In this document: positions 1 through 11,900 of the stretch, piece by piece
Position numbering within the stretch: position 1 is the first letter of the stretch
Layout of the letters: every line of letters begins with the position of its first letter
Origin: Mobula hypostoma
Taxonomy: Eukaryota
Direction of reading: 5' to 3'
DNA: 64,000 nt
Assembly (NCBI RefSeq): GCF_963921235.1
Contig: NC_086103.1
Location: 19,220,001-19,284,000 of the forward strand
Translations under genes and position numbers: made by a program
Notes under the pieces: model-generated
The model's database searches: none
The model's input: the letters and a program-made list of their open reading frames with translations, nothing else
What the model was told of the DNA's origin: nothing

Positions 1-497
1 TGTTGAAGTTCAACAGTACGTGACAGGGAATGAGGAAAGGTGCAGCTGACTCATATTGTGTCATATCGCCAAATCATATTGTTTCCTCATGGCCCGATAG
101 CACATGCTTTGCGACCTGCTACCAGTCCGCGGCCCGGTGGTTGGGGACCACTGTTGTAATTAATAAGCATTGAAAGATACATTTCAAAATCATGCAACTT
201 TGAGGGGAAACATGCTGGTGGACCTGCTCCCATGCACCCTTGTCATTCTTATGATACAGATGCTGTTGGAGTAATCTGGCTGAATAAATGAAAGGAAAAA
301 AGAAGCTTATCATCTAAATGGTGAGAGATAGTAGAGCTTTGAGATCCAGAGGAATCTGGGGATCCTGGGACATGAAATACTGCCAGAGTATATAAATGGG
401 GAAGTTAACATGTTCCATTTACTGCAAAGAGAGTTGTACACAAAAGTAGGATCTCACACTTTACTGATATTTACATACTTCAATGATATTGAGTAGT

Positions 498-745
498 GGC
501 ATGGAAGCATAGTGGTTAGCACAATGCTTTACAGTACAGGCGACCCAAGTTGCATTCCCACTGCTGCCTCTAAGGAGCTTGTACCCTCCCCTGTGATCAC
601 GTGGGTTTCCCTCCCACAGTCTAAAGACCTATCGGTTGGTAGGCTAATTGGTCATTGTAAATTATCCCGTGATTAGTATAGGATGCAGTCAGGTGATTGC
701 TAGCCAGCATGGCATAAAGGGTTGGAAGTGTTGACCTGTGCTGTA
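498..745 (+). mobile_element. tRNA-derived SINE (HE1/V-SINE-like); paralogue at 48858-49110
   Basis: A-box tagtggttag, degenerate B-box and the ctcccacagtctaaagac...aattggtcattgtaaatt core. Confidence 0.75.
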
Positions 746-953
746 TCTCAATAAATAATTAAATAGAAGCATTTATGACATCGTATCTGGAGTATTTTGA
801 GGAGTATTGATCTCATTTAATTTTACTGGGCTGATATCTGGATACCTAGTTTGCATCAATGAGGAAAGACTGGGGAGGTTGGACATGTATTCACTGGAGT
901 TTAGAAGATAGGTTGTGTCATACATACACAAACCTGGTTTCAATACAAACTAG

Positions 954-1019
954 AGTACTGTGCAAAAGTCTAAGGTACATATATACAGTTGATGTGCCTA
1001 AGACTTCGGAATAGTACTG
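954..1019. mobile_element. Short hairpin MITE family (also about 1588-1650, 14664-14729 and 50049-50111)
   Basis: AGTACTGTGCAAAAGTCTAAGG...CCTAAGACTT...AGTACTG inverted arms around a short loop. Confidence 0.7.
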
Positions 1020-1289
1020 CAGTAATTGTATGTATTGTACTATACTGCTGCTGCAAAAAAACTACATATTTCATGACAAATGTGAATAAAAATTAATCAG
1101 ATTCTGATACAGTTTTCTGTTGTGGACTGAGAGTGGGAAGGGGGTAAGGAGACGGAAATCATGGTTGGGAAAAGGGACAGGGAGAGGGGAGGGAGCGTGA
1201 AGCAACAGAGAAACATTCCATAATGGTCAAGAAAACAACTGCTTGGAAGCAAATGTCCTTGCGTGGTGTCTCATGGCTTGTTGTGTCTG

Positions 1290-1500
1290 CACCCGCGCAT
1301 TCTCCCACCTCAGCATCTGTGCATTCCCCCACCCTCAGCACACCTCTGCACATGTCCCCATCTCAGCACCCCTCTGTCACATGTCCCCCCAGCACCCCTC
1401 TGTCACATATCCCACCCCTCTGCACCACTCTGTCATATGCCCCCCACCTCAGCACCCCCCGTCACATGTCCCACACCTCTGTCACATGTCCCACACCTCT
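1290..1500. repeat. C-rich VNTR in the intron after D4 (copy A)
   Basis: Irregular CAGCACCCCTCTGTCACATGTCCCACAC(CT) units. Confidence 0.85.
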
Positions 1501-1774
1501 GCTGCAGTGCCCATCCCAACTCCATTCCCAAAATCCTTAGCTTCCCACCAGATTTACAAACTCGCTCTCCTCTCACATTGACAAATACTGTACTGTGCAA
1601 AGGTCTGGGGCATCCATGCTGTAGGTGTCTGAGACTATCGTACAGTACTGTAATTCTAAGCTTTACCTCCGTGAGATTCTCCCACACAGTGTGGAAGAAA
1701 AAAGTCACTGCTCGCAAACAGAACCAAGCCTCATTATGAAACTTGGTACATTGGGAAAAACTCGAGACGCTTAC

Positions 1775-2035
1775 CTCTGACTTCCAGATTATATGGTACT
1801 GAAAGCTGGAGAGTGTTCTGATCAACAACACCACATGTCCATTTTCCTCTGTCTCTCTCAGCTTTCTGTACGATCAGACTCAGTGATTTCTCTTCCCCAG
1901 TCAGTGTTTTGTCTCCAACAGTTTCACCGTCTCCGTTGATCCAAACCAGTCTGGATGATGCAGTGACGTCAGACACAGAGCAGCTCAGGGTAACGGTGTC
2001 TCCCTCAGTCACTGTATCAGACGGTTCAGCCGTGA
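1775..2035 (-). CDS. IgSF receptor copy A, D4 exon (C2-like Ig domain with WxC)
   Basis: Acceptor tttcttgtttccacAG, donor GTAAGC, 261 nt, phase 1-1. Motifs VTLSC, LVW and GKWTC. The TM exon of this copy is expected beyond the window start. Confidence 0.93.
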
Positions 2036-2148
2036 CTGTGGAAACAAGAAAAACGTTATTAGTCTCCTTAAAAACAGGAGTGACATACTGCACAAAAGCA
2101 AAATGCTGTGATTTTGGGAAATCTGTTGTCACACATTCTGTCTCCTAC

Positions 2149-2487
2149 CTTTAACTGTGATTAGTGTGATAGTGCTAAATACACTTGTTTCCAGAGTACA
2201 GGTGTAATCTCCTGCATCTTCAAACACCACAGGAAAAACCCTCATACTGAAATTCCAGCCGTTAAAAGGTGTCTCTGTGAGCATCAGTCGATTCACAAAG
2301 TTGTTCTCACTGACATTCACGGGCTGAGATTTCAATGCTGTTGCAATTGTTTTCCACGGACTTTGATGAACATGTGACAGCCAAGTCCAGGCAGCACTGT
2401 TGTAAACAGAATGACTGTAACAGATGAGTTGGAATTCACTGTGATCCGTAACTGAGCGATAAAGTGTGTAACGTTTATCATATCGAT
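2149..2487 (-). CDS. IgSF receptor copy A, D3 exon (V-type Ig domain)
   Basis: Acceptor tcgttcatgcAG, donor GTAGGA, 339 nt, phase 1-1. Motifs FQLIC, AWTW, NFSMRV and EDAGDYTC. Confidence 0.93.
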
Positions 2488-2529
2488 CTGCATGAACGAG
2501 AGGAGAACTCATTAAAATGTTACAATGCC

Positions 2530-3270
2530 ATTCGGGAGGCAGTGATGAGAAGCCGCCATAAAACCATAAAGCATAGGAGCAACATTAGGCCATTCAGCCC
2601 ATCGAGTCTCCTCTGCCATTACACCATGGCAGATTTATTATCCCTCTCAACTCTTCTTCTGTCCATCTTCGATGCCCTGTCTAATTATGAACCTATCACT
2701 TACTACTTTAAATTAATTACACAGATTCCCTACCCTCTGGCGAAGGATTCACCACCCTCTTCATCTCTAAACAGATAACCTTCTATTCTGAGGCTGTGAT
2801 CTCTGATTTTAGACTCTCCCACTATTGGAAACATCCTCTCCGCACCCACTCTGTTCAGCCCTTACAAACTTCGATAGGTTTCAATAAGACCTCCCTCATT
2901 CTTCTAAACTCCAGGGAGGAAAGGCCTCGAACCATCAGATACTCCTCATTCTTAACCCTTTCATTCCCAGAGTCATTCTGATGACACTCCACTAGACCAT
3001 CTGCAAAGCCAGAACATCCTTTCTGAGAGAAGGGACCCAGAATTGCTCACAATTCTCCAAGTCCAGTCTCAATAATGTCTTGTAAAGCCTTGACATCCTT
3101 GCTTTTATATCCTTATCCTCTCAAAATGATTACTAACATTGCATTTACCTTCCTCACCACTTAATCAACCTGAAAGCTAACCTTTAGGGGATCCTGCACA
3201 AGGACGATTCAGCCCCTTTCTTTTTACTTCTGAATTTTGAATTTTCTCCCTGCTTAGAAAATAGTCTATT
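2530..3270 (-). mobile_element. CR1 3' fragment (paralogue at about 51020-51740)
   Basis: The reverse complement matches the CR1 3' ends elsewhere in the window. Confidence 0.7.
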
Positions 3271-3719
3271 CTCCTAATTTGTTTAAGTCACATATTCAGC
3301 TTCAGTTTCTGAATGGACCTCAAGTGCTGCAACATCTCATTGGTCCACACTTGAGACCTAATCTCCACTGAAGCCTGAGTCTGTCATTGAAGCTGGAATC
3401 ACAACAAATACGATAAAGACTTGGCAGGAAGGGTCAGTGAGAGAGAGAATGGTTTGTTGTTCAGTGATGCTCTGTGAACCGGGACCCAGTGCTGAGTGTG
3501 AGTCGGAAGTGCTGGTGGTTGTCGTGTTGACTCCTCCTTCACTGTAACACTTTGACATGAGTAACACTTTAATATCCACCACTGAGTACATGAGTAACAT
3601 TTTAATATCCACCACTGCAGTTGAACATTTACAGTACCGAATTGTGATTATGATTGGTTTTAGTCTCCGAGTTGGAGAATGTTGCGCTGACATATTGAAT
3701 GATCGGTATGATTCCAATC

Positions 3720-4790
3720 AAAACTACGTATGTGAGAATGCTGTTCTTGGACTGCAGTTCACCATTCTAAACTATAATTCCCTCCAGGCTCAACGAGAAG
3801 TTCAGAGACCACAGCCTTCACTCTGCCTTGTGTAACTGGATCCTGGACTTCCTGTCAGATCGCCAGCAGGTGGTAAGAGTGGGCTCCCTCACCTCTGCCA
3901 CTCTGACCCTCAAAACGGGTGTCCCTCAAGACCATGTCCTAACCCCCTCCTTTACTCTCTGTATACCCATGACTGTATGAATGTTAATTAATCTGCTAAT
4001 TAAATTTGCTGATGACACTACACTGATTGGTGTAATCTCAAATAATAGTGAGGTAGCCGACAGAGAAGAGGTCATCACCCTGACACAGTGGTGTCAAGAA
4101 AACAACCTCTCCCTCAATGTTGCAAAAACAAAGGAGCTGGTGGTGGACTACAGAATGAATGCAGACAGGCAAACACCTATAGACATCAATAAATCTGGGG
4201 TTGAGAGGGTGAACAGCTTTAAGTTCCTCGAGATAAACATCAGTGATGATCTCACATGCTCTGTACAAACTGGCTGTGTAGTATAAAACACACAACAACA
4301 CCTCTTTCACCTCAGACCATTGAGGAAGTTTGGTATAGGCCCCCAAATCCGAAGAAATTTCAGCAGAGGCAAAATTGAGAGCGTCCTGACTGGCTGCATA
4401 ACTGCCTTGTAGGAGAACTGTACTTCTCTGAATTGCAGGACTCTGCAGAGCGGTGTGGAAGGCCCAGCGCATCTGTAGATGTGAACTTCCACCTATTCAG
4501 GACATTTGCAAAGACAGGTGTGTAAAAAAGCCCGAAAGACCATTGGGGACCCGAGTCACACCAACCGCAAACTGTTCAGGCAGCTACCATCCGGGAAACT
4601 GTACTGCAGCACAAAAGCCAGGACCAACAGCTTCTTCCAACAGGCCATCAGACTGACTAATTCATGCTGATACAATTGTATTTCTATGTTTTATTGACTG
4701 TCCTGTTGTATATACTATGTATTACAAATTACTATAAATTGCACATTGCACATTTTGATGGACAGGTAATGTAAAGACTTTAACTCCTTG
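3720..4790 (+). mobile_element. Rex1/Babar-type LINE 3' fragment
   Basis: YVRMLFLD and IKFADDTTLIGVIS...WCQENNLSLNVAKTKELVVD, then the 3' tail. The paralogue is at about 52190-53270. Confidence 0.85.
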
Positions 4791-5301
4791 AGTACACAAA
4801 GGATGTAAGAGTTAAAGTCAATTCAATTCAAGTTGTAATGATGTAATTTAAAATTGTTCCCACCGCAGATTTGCTCCTCCTGATCTATGTATTATTTTCT
4901 TTAATGCCCTATAAACCCCAGATCTCAGTCACAGGGTTAAACGGTGGGGAAACAGAACCTTCATTTCAACTCTTCTCTGCCAAACAAAGTGTGACACTAA
5001 TACACTAATGGGACGAGCTTAGATCGGCATGGACCAGTTGTGCTGAAAAGCCTGTTTCCATGCTGTACGACTCCATAGTTTACGGACTGCCAATGTCTCC
5101 TCCTTCATAATGTTGATATGCGTCACGATATCACTTTTCTCTGGCCTGAATTCACTAATTTCCAATTCTTCTGCATTGTAAATATTAATGAGAAATATCC
5201 ATTTAGACCTGGCCATGAACTCTTCCTGTACTATTTTTAACAACCTCCTACCAGACAGATATATTCCAGCCCAATACGTACAGTGAGGTAACAACACTTA
5301 C

Positions 5302-5571
5302 CCATGTCTACAGTAAAGTCTGCTTGCCCTGTTCCAACAATGTTTCCGTTTTCCTGTACTTCACACTGATACAACCTTCCATCCTCCACTGTAACGTGTC
5401 GGACAATCAGATAGACGGTGTTATTCAGGCGGATCTGATCAGTGTTTCTCCTGTTCTGCTGGGATGAGCCCACTGGTTTCCAGTGGAGACCGACGGTATC
5501 TGGGAGTCTGGAGATGGTACAGCTGAGGGTGACGTCACTGCCCATTACAGGTGATCGTGGATTTGCTACAA
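5302..5571 (-). CDS. IgSF receptor copy A, D2 exon (C2-like Ig domain)
   Basis: Acceptor ttctcacAG, donor GTAAGT, 270 nt, phase 1-1. Motifs VTLSC, LHW and EDGRLYQC. Confidence 0.92.
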
Positions 5572-6204
5572 CTGTGAGAAATAAGACCATAAGTCAAAAT
5601 GACACAGAAGCAGAATTAGTCCATTCTGACACTTGCGTCTGCTCGGCCATTCCAACATAGCTGATTTATTTTCTTTCTCAACCCCTTTCATACACCTTCT
5701 CCCTGTAACCTTTCACAACTTTATTAATCAAGAACCCTTATTTAAACCTCTGCTTTAAATGGATCCAGTGACTTGGACTCCACAGCCACCTGTGGCAATG
5801 AATTCCATACGTTCTTCACCCTCTGGCTAAAGAAATTCCTCTTAATCTCTGTTCTAATGGACATTCTTGTAGTCTGAGTCTGTGCCCACTGGTCCTATAC
5901 TCCCCCACTATCGGAAACATCATCTGCACATCTGATCTATCTCAGCCTTTCAATATTTGGTCCAAATATTGGATGGGTGGAGTGAGCAGTAACATGTCCA
6001 ATGATTGGGTTCAAACTGACCTCAGGAGCTGACCGTGATCAGCACTTGTGTCTTGCTACAGGACAGAGATTGTTGGGTCTCCGACACAGAATAACACAAT
6101 GGGCACACAAACTCTCAGTCTGGTTACACCAAATTCAGTGAGACAGAGCAGAGGGAATTAACTCTTTACCACATCCTCCCCGAACCTGATGGAATGTCAG
6201 GGTT

Positions 6205-6932
6205 CAGCTGGCCAGGCGAGGCAACACTTCACTTGTGAGTCTGTTGGGGTCATCTATTGCATCCGGTGCTCCCGGTGCGGCCTCCTCTACATCGGTGAAA
6301 CCCAACACAGATTGGGGGACCACTTTGTCGAGCACCTCCACTCTGTCCGCCACAACAGACAGGACCTCCTGGTTGCCACCCACTTCAACTCTGCTTCACA
6401 TTCCCATTTGGATATGTCCATCCATGGCCTCTTCTACTGCCATGACGATGCCAAACTCAGGTTGGACTTCATATACCGTCTAGGTAGTCTCCAGCCCCTT
6501 GGTATGAATGTTGAATTCTCCCACTTCCAGAAATTCCCTCCCTCTCCCTTCCCCTATCCCTATTTCACTCTGCCCCCTCCCCCAGCTGCCTACTACCTTC
6601 CTCATGGTTCCGCCTCCATCTACTACCCATTGTGTTTTCCCCTATTCCTTCTTCACCTTTCCTGCCTATCACCTCCCTGCCTCCCCTCCCCCACCCCTTT
6701 ATCTTTCCCCTGACTGGTTTTTCACCTGGAACCTACCAGCCTTCTCCTTCCCACCCTCCCCCCACCTTCTTTATAGGGCCTCTGCCCCTTCCATCTTCAG
6801 TACTGCCGAAGGGTTCCGGCCCGAAACGTTGACTGTTCGTTTCCTTGGATGCTGCCCGACCTGCTGAGTTTCTCCAGCGTGTTGTGAGTGTTGCTTTGAC
6901 CCCAGCATCTGCAGAGTATTTTGTGTTTACCT
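6205..6932 (+). mobile_element. Penelope-like element 3' fragment (GIY-YIG endonuclease and tail)
   Basis: GVIYCIRCSRCGLLYIGET...RLGDHFVEH...VATHFN, plus the gaagggttccggcccgaaacg tail. Confidence 0.88.
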
Positions 6933-7077
6933 AAATGAACACAACTTTCTCCCTGTGAGTGTAAATGAGCAGAGAATACAAACCTCACATGATCCCTATA
7001 AAACATTCAGTACTGGAAAGTAAATTATTGATGAAGAGAAACATTTTTTACACTTTTCAAATCTTTGTCCCATTTAC

Positions 7078-7419
7078 CTTTGATCCCAAAAATTTCATAT
7101 TGCTTCAAGATTTCATAACTGGGCTCTCTTTGCACCAAGATGATAGATCCTGCAAATTTAGATGTGGGCTGAGTAATTATCAGATCAATGGTACCAGCCG
7201 TACTGTCCATAGCATGAAAGATGCCATCGTGTTTGAAGTGTATTTCCCAACGTGGGTTCCACCCTCTGGATCCTTCTTTATAAAATGTCACAAGTTGTTG
7301 TGTGCCTTGCTTGTAGCTTGGTTTCCAATCCCAGCCAACAGGGCCATTTCCAGGAATGTCCAGTCCAGTGAAGACAATTTTATCTATCTTATCAAAAATA
7401 TAAAAATGTTTTGGATTTT
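7078..7419 (-). CDS. IgSF receptor copy A, D1 exon: V-like domain lacking both canonical cysteines
   Basis: Acceptor ttttttaacAG, donor GTAAAT, 342 nt, phase 1-1, fully open: NPKHFYIFDK...GPVGWDWKP...QLVTFYK...TIDLIITQP...KFAGSIIL...KQYEIFGIK. Confidence 0.82.
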
Positions 7420-7616
7420 CTGTTAAAAAAGAGAAACAATGAAAATGTTACAGCATGAAATCACAAATGTTTCATTCTATTTCACTGCGTATCAATGTTC
7501 CATTGGTGCAGTATTACTATTTTATCAGTTGATCACAACAAAACCACTGACACAATTAAAATGGTAAGATGGTTCATTACTGTCATATGTACCAAGGTAC
7601 AGGAGGGAAATCTGTA

Positions 7617-7752
7617 CTGTGGGAGGGGTGGTGAGGGAGATACACACTGTGGGAGGGGTGGTGAGGGAGATGCACACTGTGGGAGGGGTAGTGAGGGAGA
7701 TACACATGGTGGGAAGGGTGGTGAGGGAGATACACACTGTGGGAGGGGTGGT
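7617..7752. repeat. 30-bp G-rich minisatellite, about 4.5 units (paralogue at 56067-56202)
   Basis: TGTGGGAGGGGTGGTGAGGGAGATACACAC. Confidence 0.9.
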
Positions 7753-7889
7753 GACTACAGTCATGTATCATTGAAACAAAACAATTGACATTGAAAAGGG
7801 ATGATAGACAAAATTTACTCTGATTTCTCATCTACAGGGGTCAGTATTACCGTGGAGAGCAGGGTAAGAGAAATTGGCAGTGGATGTGC

Positions 7890-10690
7890 TGGTGACACTA
7901 GCTGTGTGATCTTGCTGCTGAAGTGAGTGTGCTGCTGGCATCGTCGATAAGGCAGAGAGCAAAGGATCCTCAATGGAGGCTGCCGGTGGCAACAGGGACA
8001 CGACACCTGACACGATGCTTCAGTGGACAATATGGGATTGTGCCTTGGCTAGATTTGCCAGACATCTGCTAGGTGCAGATTTCCTGTGCACCCAAGGGCC
8101 TGTATTGTGCTGCAGGCTTTCTATGTTTCCATGTTTCTATGCACCAGCCCATGTGAATTCACTCACTTGCTGGGTGAGTTCACAAACCTCAACAAACCCA
8201 CATTTTCCACTATAGTCACAAAGCATGGGGATTGGGCACCACATCTGCACAACTGGCTCACTTGTCCATGCCCGTCCGTGTAGACAAGAGTCAGAGAAGC
8301 TGGCCAGAACAAAAGCTGAGATTGTAAACACGGAAATGCTTGACATTGTACATGGGTCAAATCACCCTCGGGCTTCACCTCCCCATATGGTCACGAAGCC
8401 CGATGGTGGTTGCCGTCCATGTAGTGATTACCACCAACATAATGAGACCACCACACCCAATTATTGCCCAGACCCACATATTCAAGGTTTTTCAGCATGT
8501 TTAGTCATTAAGATGAAATTTTCTAATGTGGACTTACTCAGGAGCTACCATTCATTGCCGACATGCGGTGAGAACATTCCCAAAACTGCATGTTTATGAA
8601 CCTGTCTGGCCTATTTGAGTTTCTGTGCGTGCCACTGGGGCTGAAAATGACATGCCAAATCAACTCTATGTTAAACGATTCAGATGTTCCTTTTGTTTAC
8701 CTCGATGACATTCTTGTTGCCAGTGCATCCAAAACCGAACACTGTTCAAGTGCTTAAGCCAACATTCCACGCTTATTGATCCCGCCAAATGCCTGTTCTG
8801 GTTGTCTACTATCAAATTTCTTGGCCACCTTCTGTCCCCAGCTATCAAGGGCATCACTATTATGGACTTCCACTGCTTCGCACTACTGAAGCACAGAAAG
8901 AGTTCAAAGTATGTTGAATTTCGATCACCATTTAATTCCACGAAGTGCTGAATTTCTGCTCCCCTTGAAAAGTGCCCTTAAAAGCAGAGCCCCAATCACA
9001 TTCTTGAGTGGTCAGCGGACATGATCAGAGCATTTGATGATACTAAACAAGCTCTTTCGAGCATGATTCAACAGGCGCACCAGTTCGCCAATAACCTACA
9101 GCCATCGCTGCTGACTCTTTAGTCTCTGCTGTGTGTGCCCTGCGTGAACAGTTGGTTAGAGGAGTGTGGTAGCCATTTGTGTTCTTCAGCTGGATCCTCT
9201 ATTCCTCTGAGGGATGTTTGACCATGAGCTCCGTGGTCTACATCTGGTCATCTGTCAATTTTGTTTTCTACTGGAGAGTCGGCAGTTTACAGTGTTCAAT
9301 GACCACAAACCTTTTGTGTATGTGATGGCCAAAGGATCAGGCACTTGGTCTGCATGGCAGCAATGCCACCTGGCCTGTATTTTGGAATTCATGATTGACA
9401 TATAGCACATTGAAGGGGAAAATAATGCTGTGGCTGATTGCCTCTCATGGCCCGCCATTGATGCCATACACATCAGGGTTGACTAAGCTGGCATGGCATC
9501 CGACCAAGCTACCGAATAGAGGCTTACAGGATAGAGGTCACGTGCTGAAGAGACGCTGGAGTTTCTCTCCTATCTGATGTCTCAACTGGTTGCCCTCACC
9601 CCATAGTGCCTGCAAACTGGAGGCAGACAGTTTATAATTCCATTCACAGCCTCTCGCAACTTGGCGGGAAGGCTTCACTGAAACTGGTTGCTCTAAAGTT
9701 TGTGTGGCATGGCCTTAGAAAGGTTGTGCGAGCCTGGAGTGCGAGATTAATTGTCATATGCGGGCACCGGCAAAGCTTTCGAGCTCCCAGAGAGATGGTT
9801 TGAAATCATTAATGTAGACCTGGTTAGTCCTCACACCGCCCACCACTGTGGGTTCACACACCTCCTTACCATGGTGGACCACACCACCAGGTGGCTACAG
9901 GTTGTCTCTGGAGCATCAATGACGGCGGTGGACATGGTTTGGGCATTCAACAATAACTGGGTCACTCGTTTCGGGGCCCGACCTGATATTTCTTCTGACC
10001 GCAGTCCCCAAATCACACCCAACTTCTGAGCTGCAGCTCGGTGTTAAACTAGATCACACCATACCATATCACCCGCAACCCAATGGCCTGTGTGAGCAGT
10101 TTCACTATTCCTTAAAGACAGCTCTCAGGGCCCTTCTGATGGTCAAGTATTGGCACGATCATCTCCTCTGGGTCCTCCTGAGTTTCGGGATGGCTCTAAA
10201 ACACGATTTGCTGACCTCCACAGTGAGTTTGTTCATCAGCAGTGGCATTATCTGCGGGTGATTTTATTCCTGATGTCATGACTACTTGGTTGGCTTCTCA
10301 GCAACGATCTGCCTTCCTCAGAGAAATCAGTTCCTTTAATCCTTTTCCTATCTCACACCATGCCAGACAGCTTTACTGGGTTCCAGTTGACCTATGTTCC
10401 ACCTCATTCCTTTTTGTCTGCAATGATGCACATCAATCCCTCCTTAAGCCCTCTTACAATCGTCTATTCTGCATTGGAAAAAGGAGCAAAAAGACTTTTA
10501 TTGTAGTTCGGAAAGTTAAATCTGAATGTAGTTTTGAAGATTGTCTTAAATTAGCCCACAGGACCTGGATGGTTCCACTATCATACCCTCTGCATCACGA
10601 CATGACCATGTGGGTGTCTGCACACCCCAGGACGGATCAGAGACACATTGCTATTCCAACCAAGGCACATAAGACCCAAGCCAGGTGAAT
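7890..10690 (+). mobile_element. Decayed Ty3/gypsy pol (PR-RT-RH-IN order) in intron 1 of copy A
   Basis: Frameshifted fragments: KPDGGCRPC, VYLDDILVAS, FTVFNDHKP, VDLVSP...LLTMVDHTTRW and SSDRSPQ. Confidence 0.88.
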
Positions 10691-10699
10691 CTCACATGT

Positions 10700-11900
10700 T
10701 TTATTCACAAAATCCACACACGCTAGAGAGTCTTACATCAGTTGTATGGAAATTGTTTGAAAATCTTGTTATGGAGGGGGAGTTCTCACATCTGGACAAC
10801 CAACTTTAGGAATAATCAGCATGCCTTGCGTGGGGGCATCTTGTCTTACAAACTTGATGCTGTATACACAGACATGGTAAAGCTTTCAACATGATCCCTA
10901 GTGATCAACTGATACTGAACATAAAACCACATTTGATCTGTGGAGAGTTGGTAGGTGGGATTCGAAATCAGTTTGGCCATAGTTGACAGAGGGAAGTGGT
11001 AGATTGGTGTCAGTCTGACTGGAAGCCTGTTGCCAGTCATGTACCACAATGATCATTGATATATGTCAATAATTTGGAGAAAAATGGAATTTGGTATGTC
11101 AGTGGATTGTGGATAATGAATAAGGTTGTCATAGAATTCAGCAGCTTACAGACCAGTTATAAATTGGGACAGTGTAATGCCTGATGGAATTTAATGCACA
11201 CAAATGTGATGTGTTGATCTTGAGGACATCAATTGCAAGAGGTATATATATAGTAAATGCCATGTCCCACAGGGCTGCTGATGTACACAAGCACCTTGTG
11301 GTACGAGTCCACTGGTCTCTGATAGATTGGTGAAGAGCCTCGCAGTATACTTGCCTTCAATGGTCAGGGTGCTGAGTATAAAAGTCAGCAGGTTGTGTTG
11401 CAGCTGTGTAAACCATTGGTTCATTGGTTACGCCACATCGGAGTGTTGCGTGCTGTTCCAGTCGCAGTGAAACAGAAAGTGTGGACAGTGTAGAGGCTTT
11501 GGAGAGCTGGGAAAGAGTCTCACCTGGATGTAGCTTGAATTAAACAGTATTAGCTATACAGAGAAATTAGACAAATGTATTGCTTTTTTTCCAATGCCAA
11601 GGAGAGATTTTGGAGAAATTTTTAGTTATAAGAGGCATAACTGAAATACTGATTTTCTCAGTGTGTAAATGTGAAACACGAGATGGCATAGCTTTAATGT
11701 GAGAGAGGGAATGTTTAAATGAAACTTATGAGACAAGTTTTTATAAGGAGAGATTAGAGGGGGCCTGGAATTTGCTGCCAGGGAAGTTAGTAGAAGCAGA
11801 TACAGGAGCAATATTGAAGAGGTGTTTAAACAAGCTCGAGACAAGACAGAGGAGGAGAACAATATAGACAATGTGCAGACAGTCATACAGTTTAAATTGG
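10700..11900 (+). mobile_element. Old CR1 RT fragment (paralogue at about 59150-60350)
   Basis: aatcagcatgcc...tgtcttacaaacttga and related CR1 RT-like tracts, heavily decayed. Confidence 0.65.

Noticed and set aside
3358-3717. S/T-rich 119-aa ORF in the D2-D3 intron as a mucin-like exon
   Set aside because: It has no convincing acceptor-donor pair in a compatible phase, it includes a 33-bp tandem duplication, and it abuts Rex1 sequence.
6965-7426. 153-aa plus-strand ORF
   Set aside because: It is the antisense shadow of the D1 exon.
7890-10690. Functional or domesticated gypsy pol
   Set aside because: It has many frameshifts and stops. Conservation between the copies is explained by the homogenised tract.
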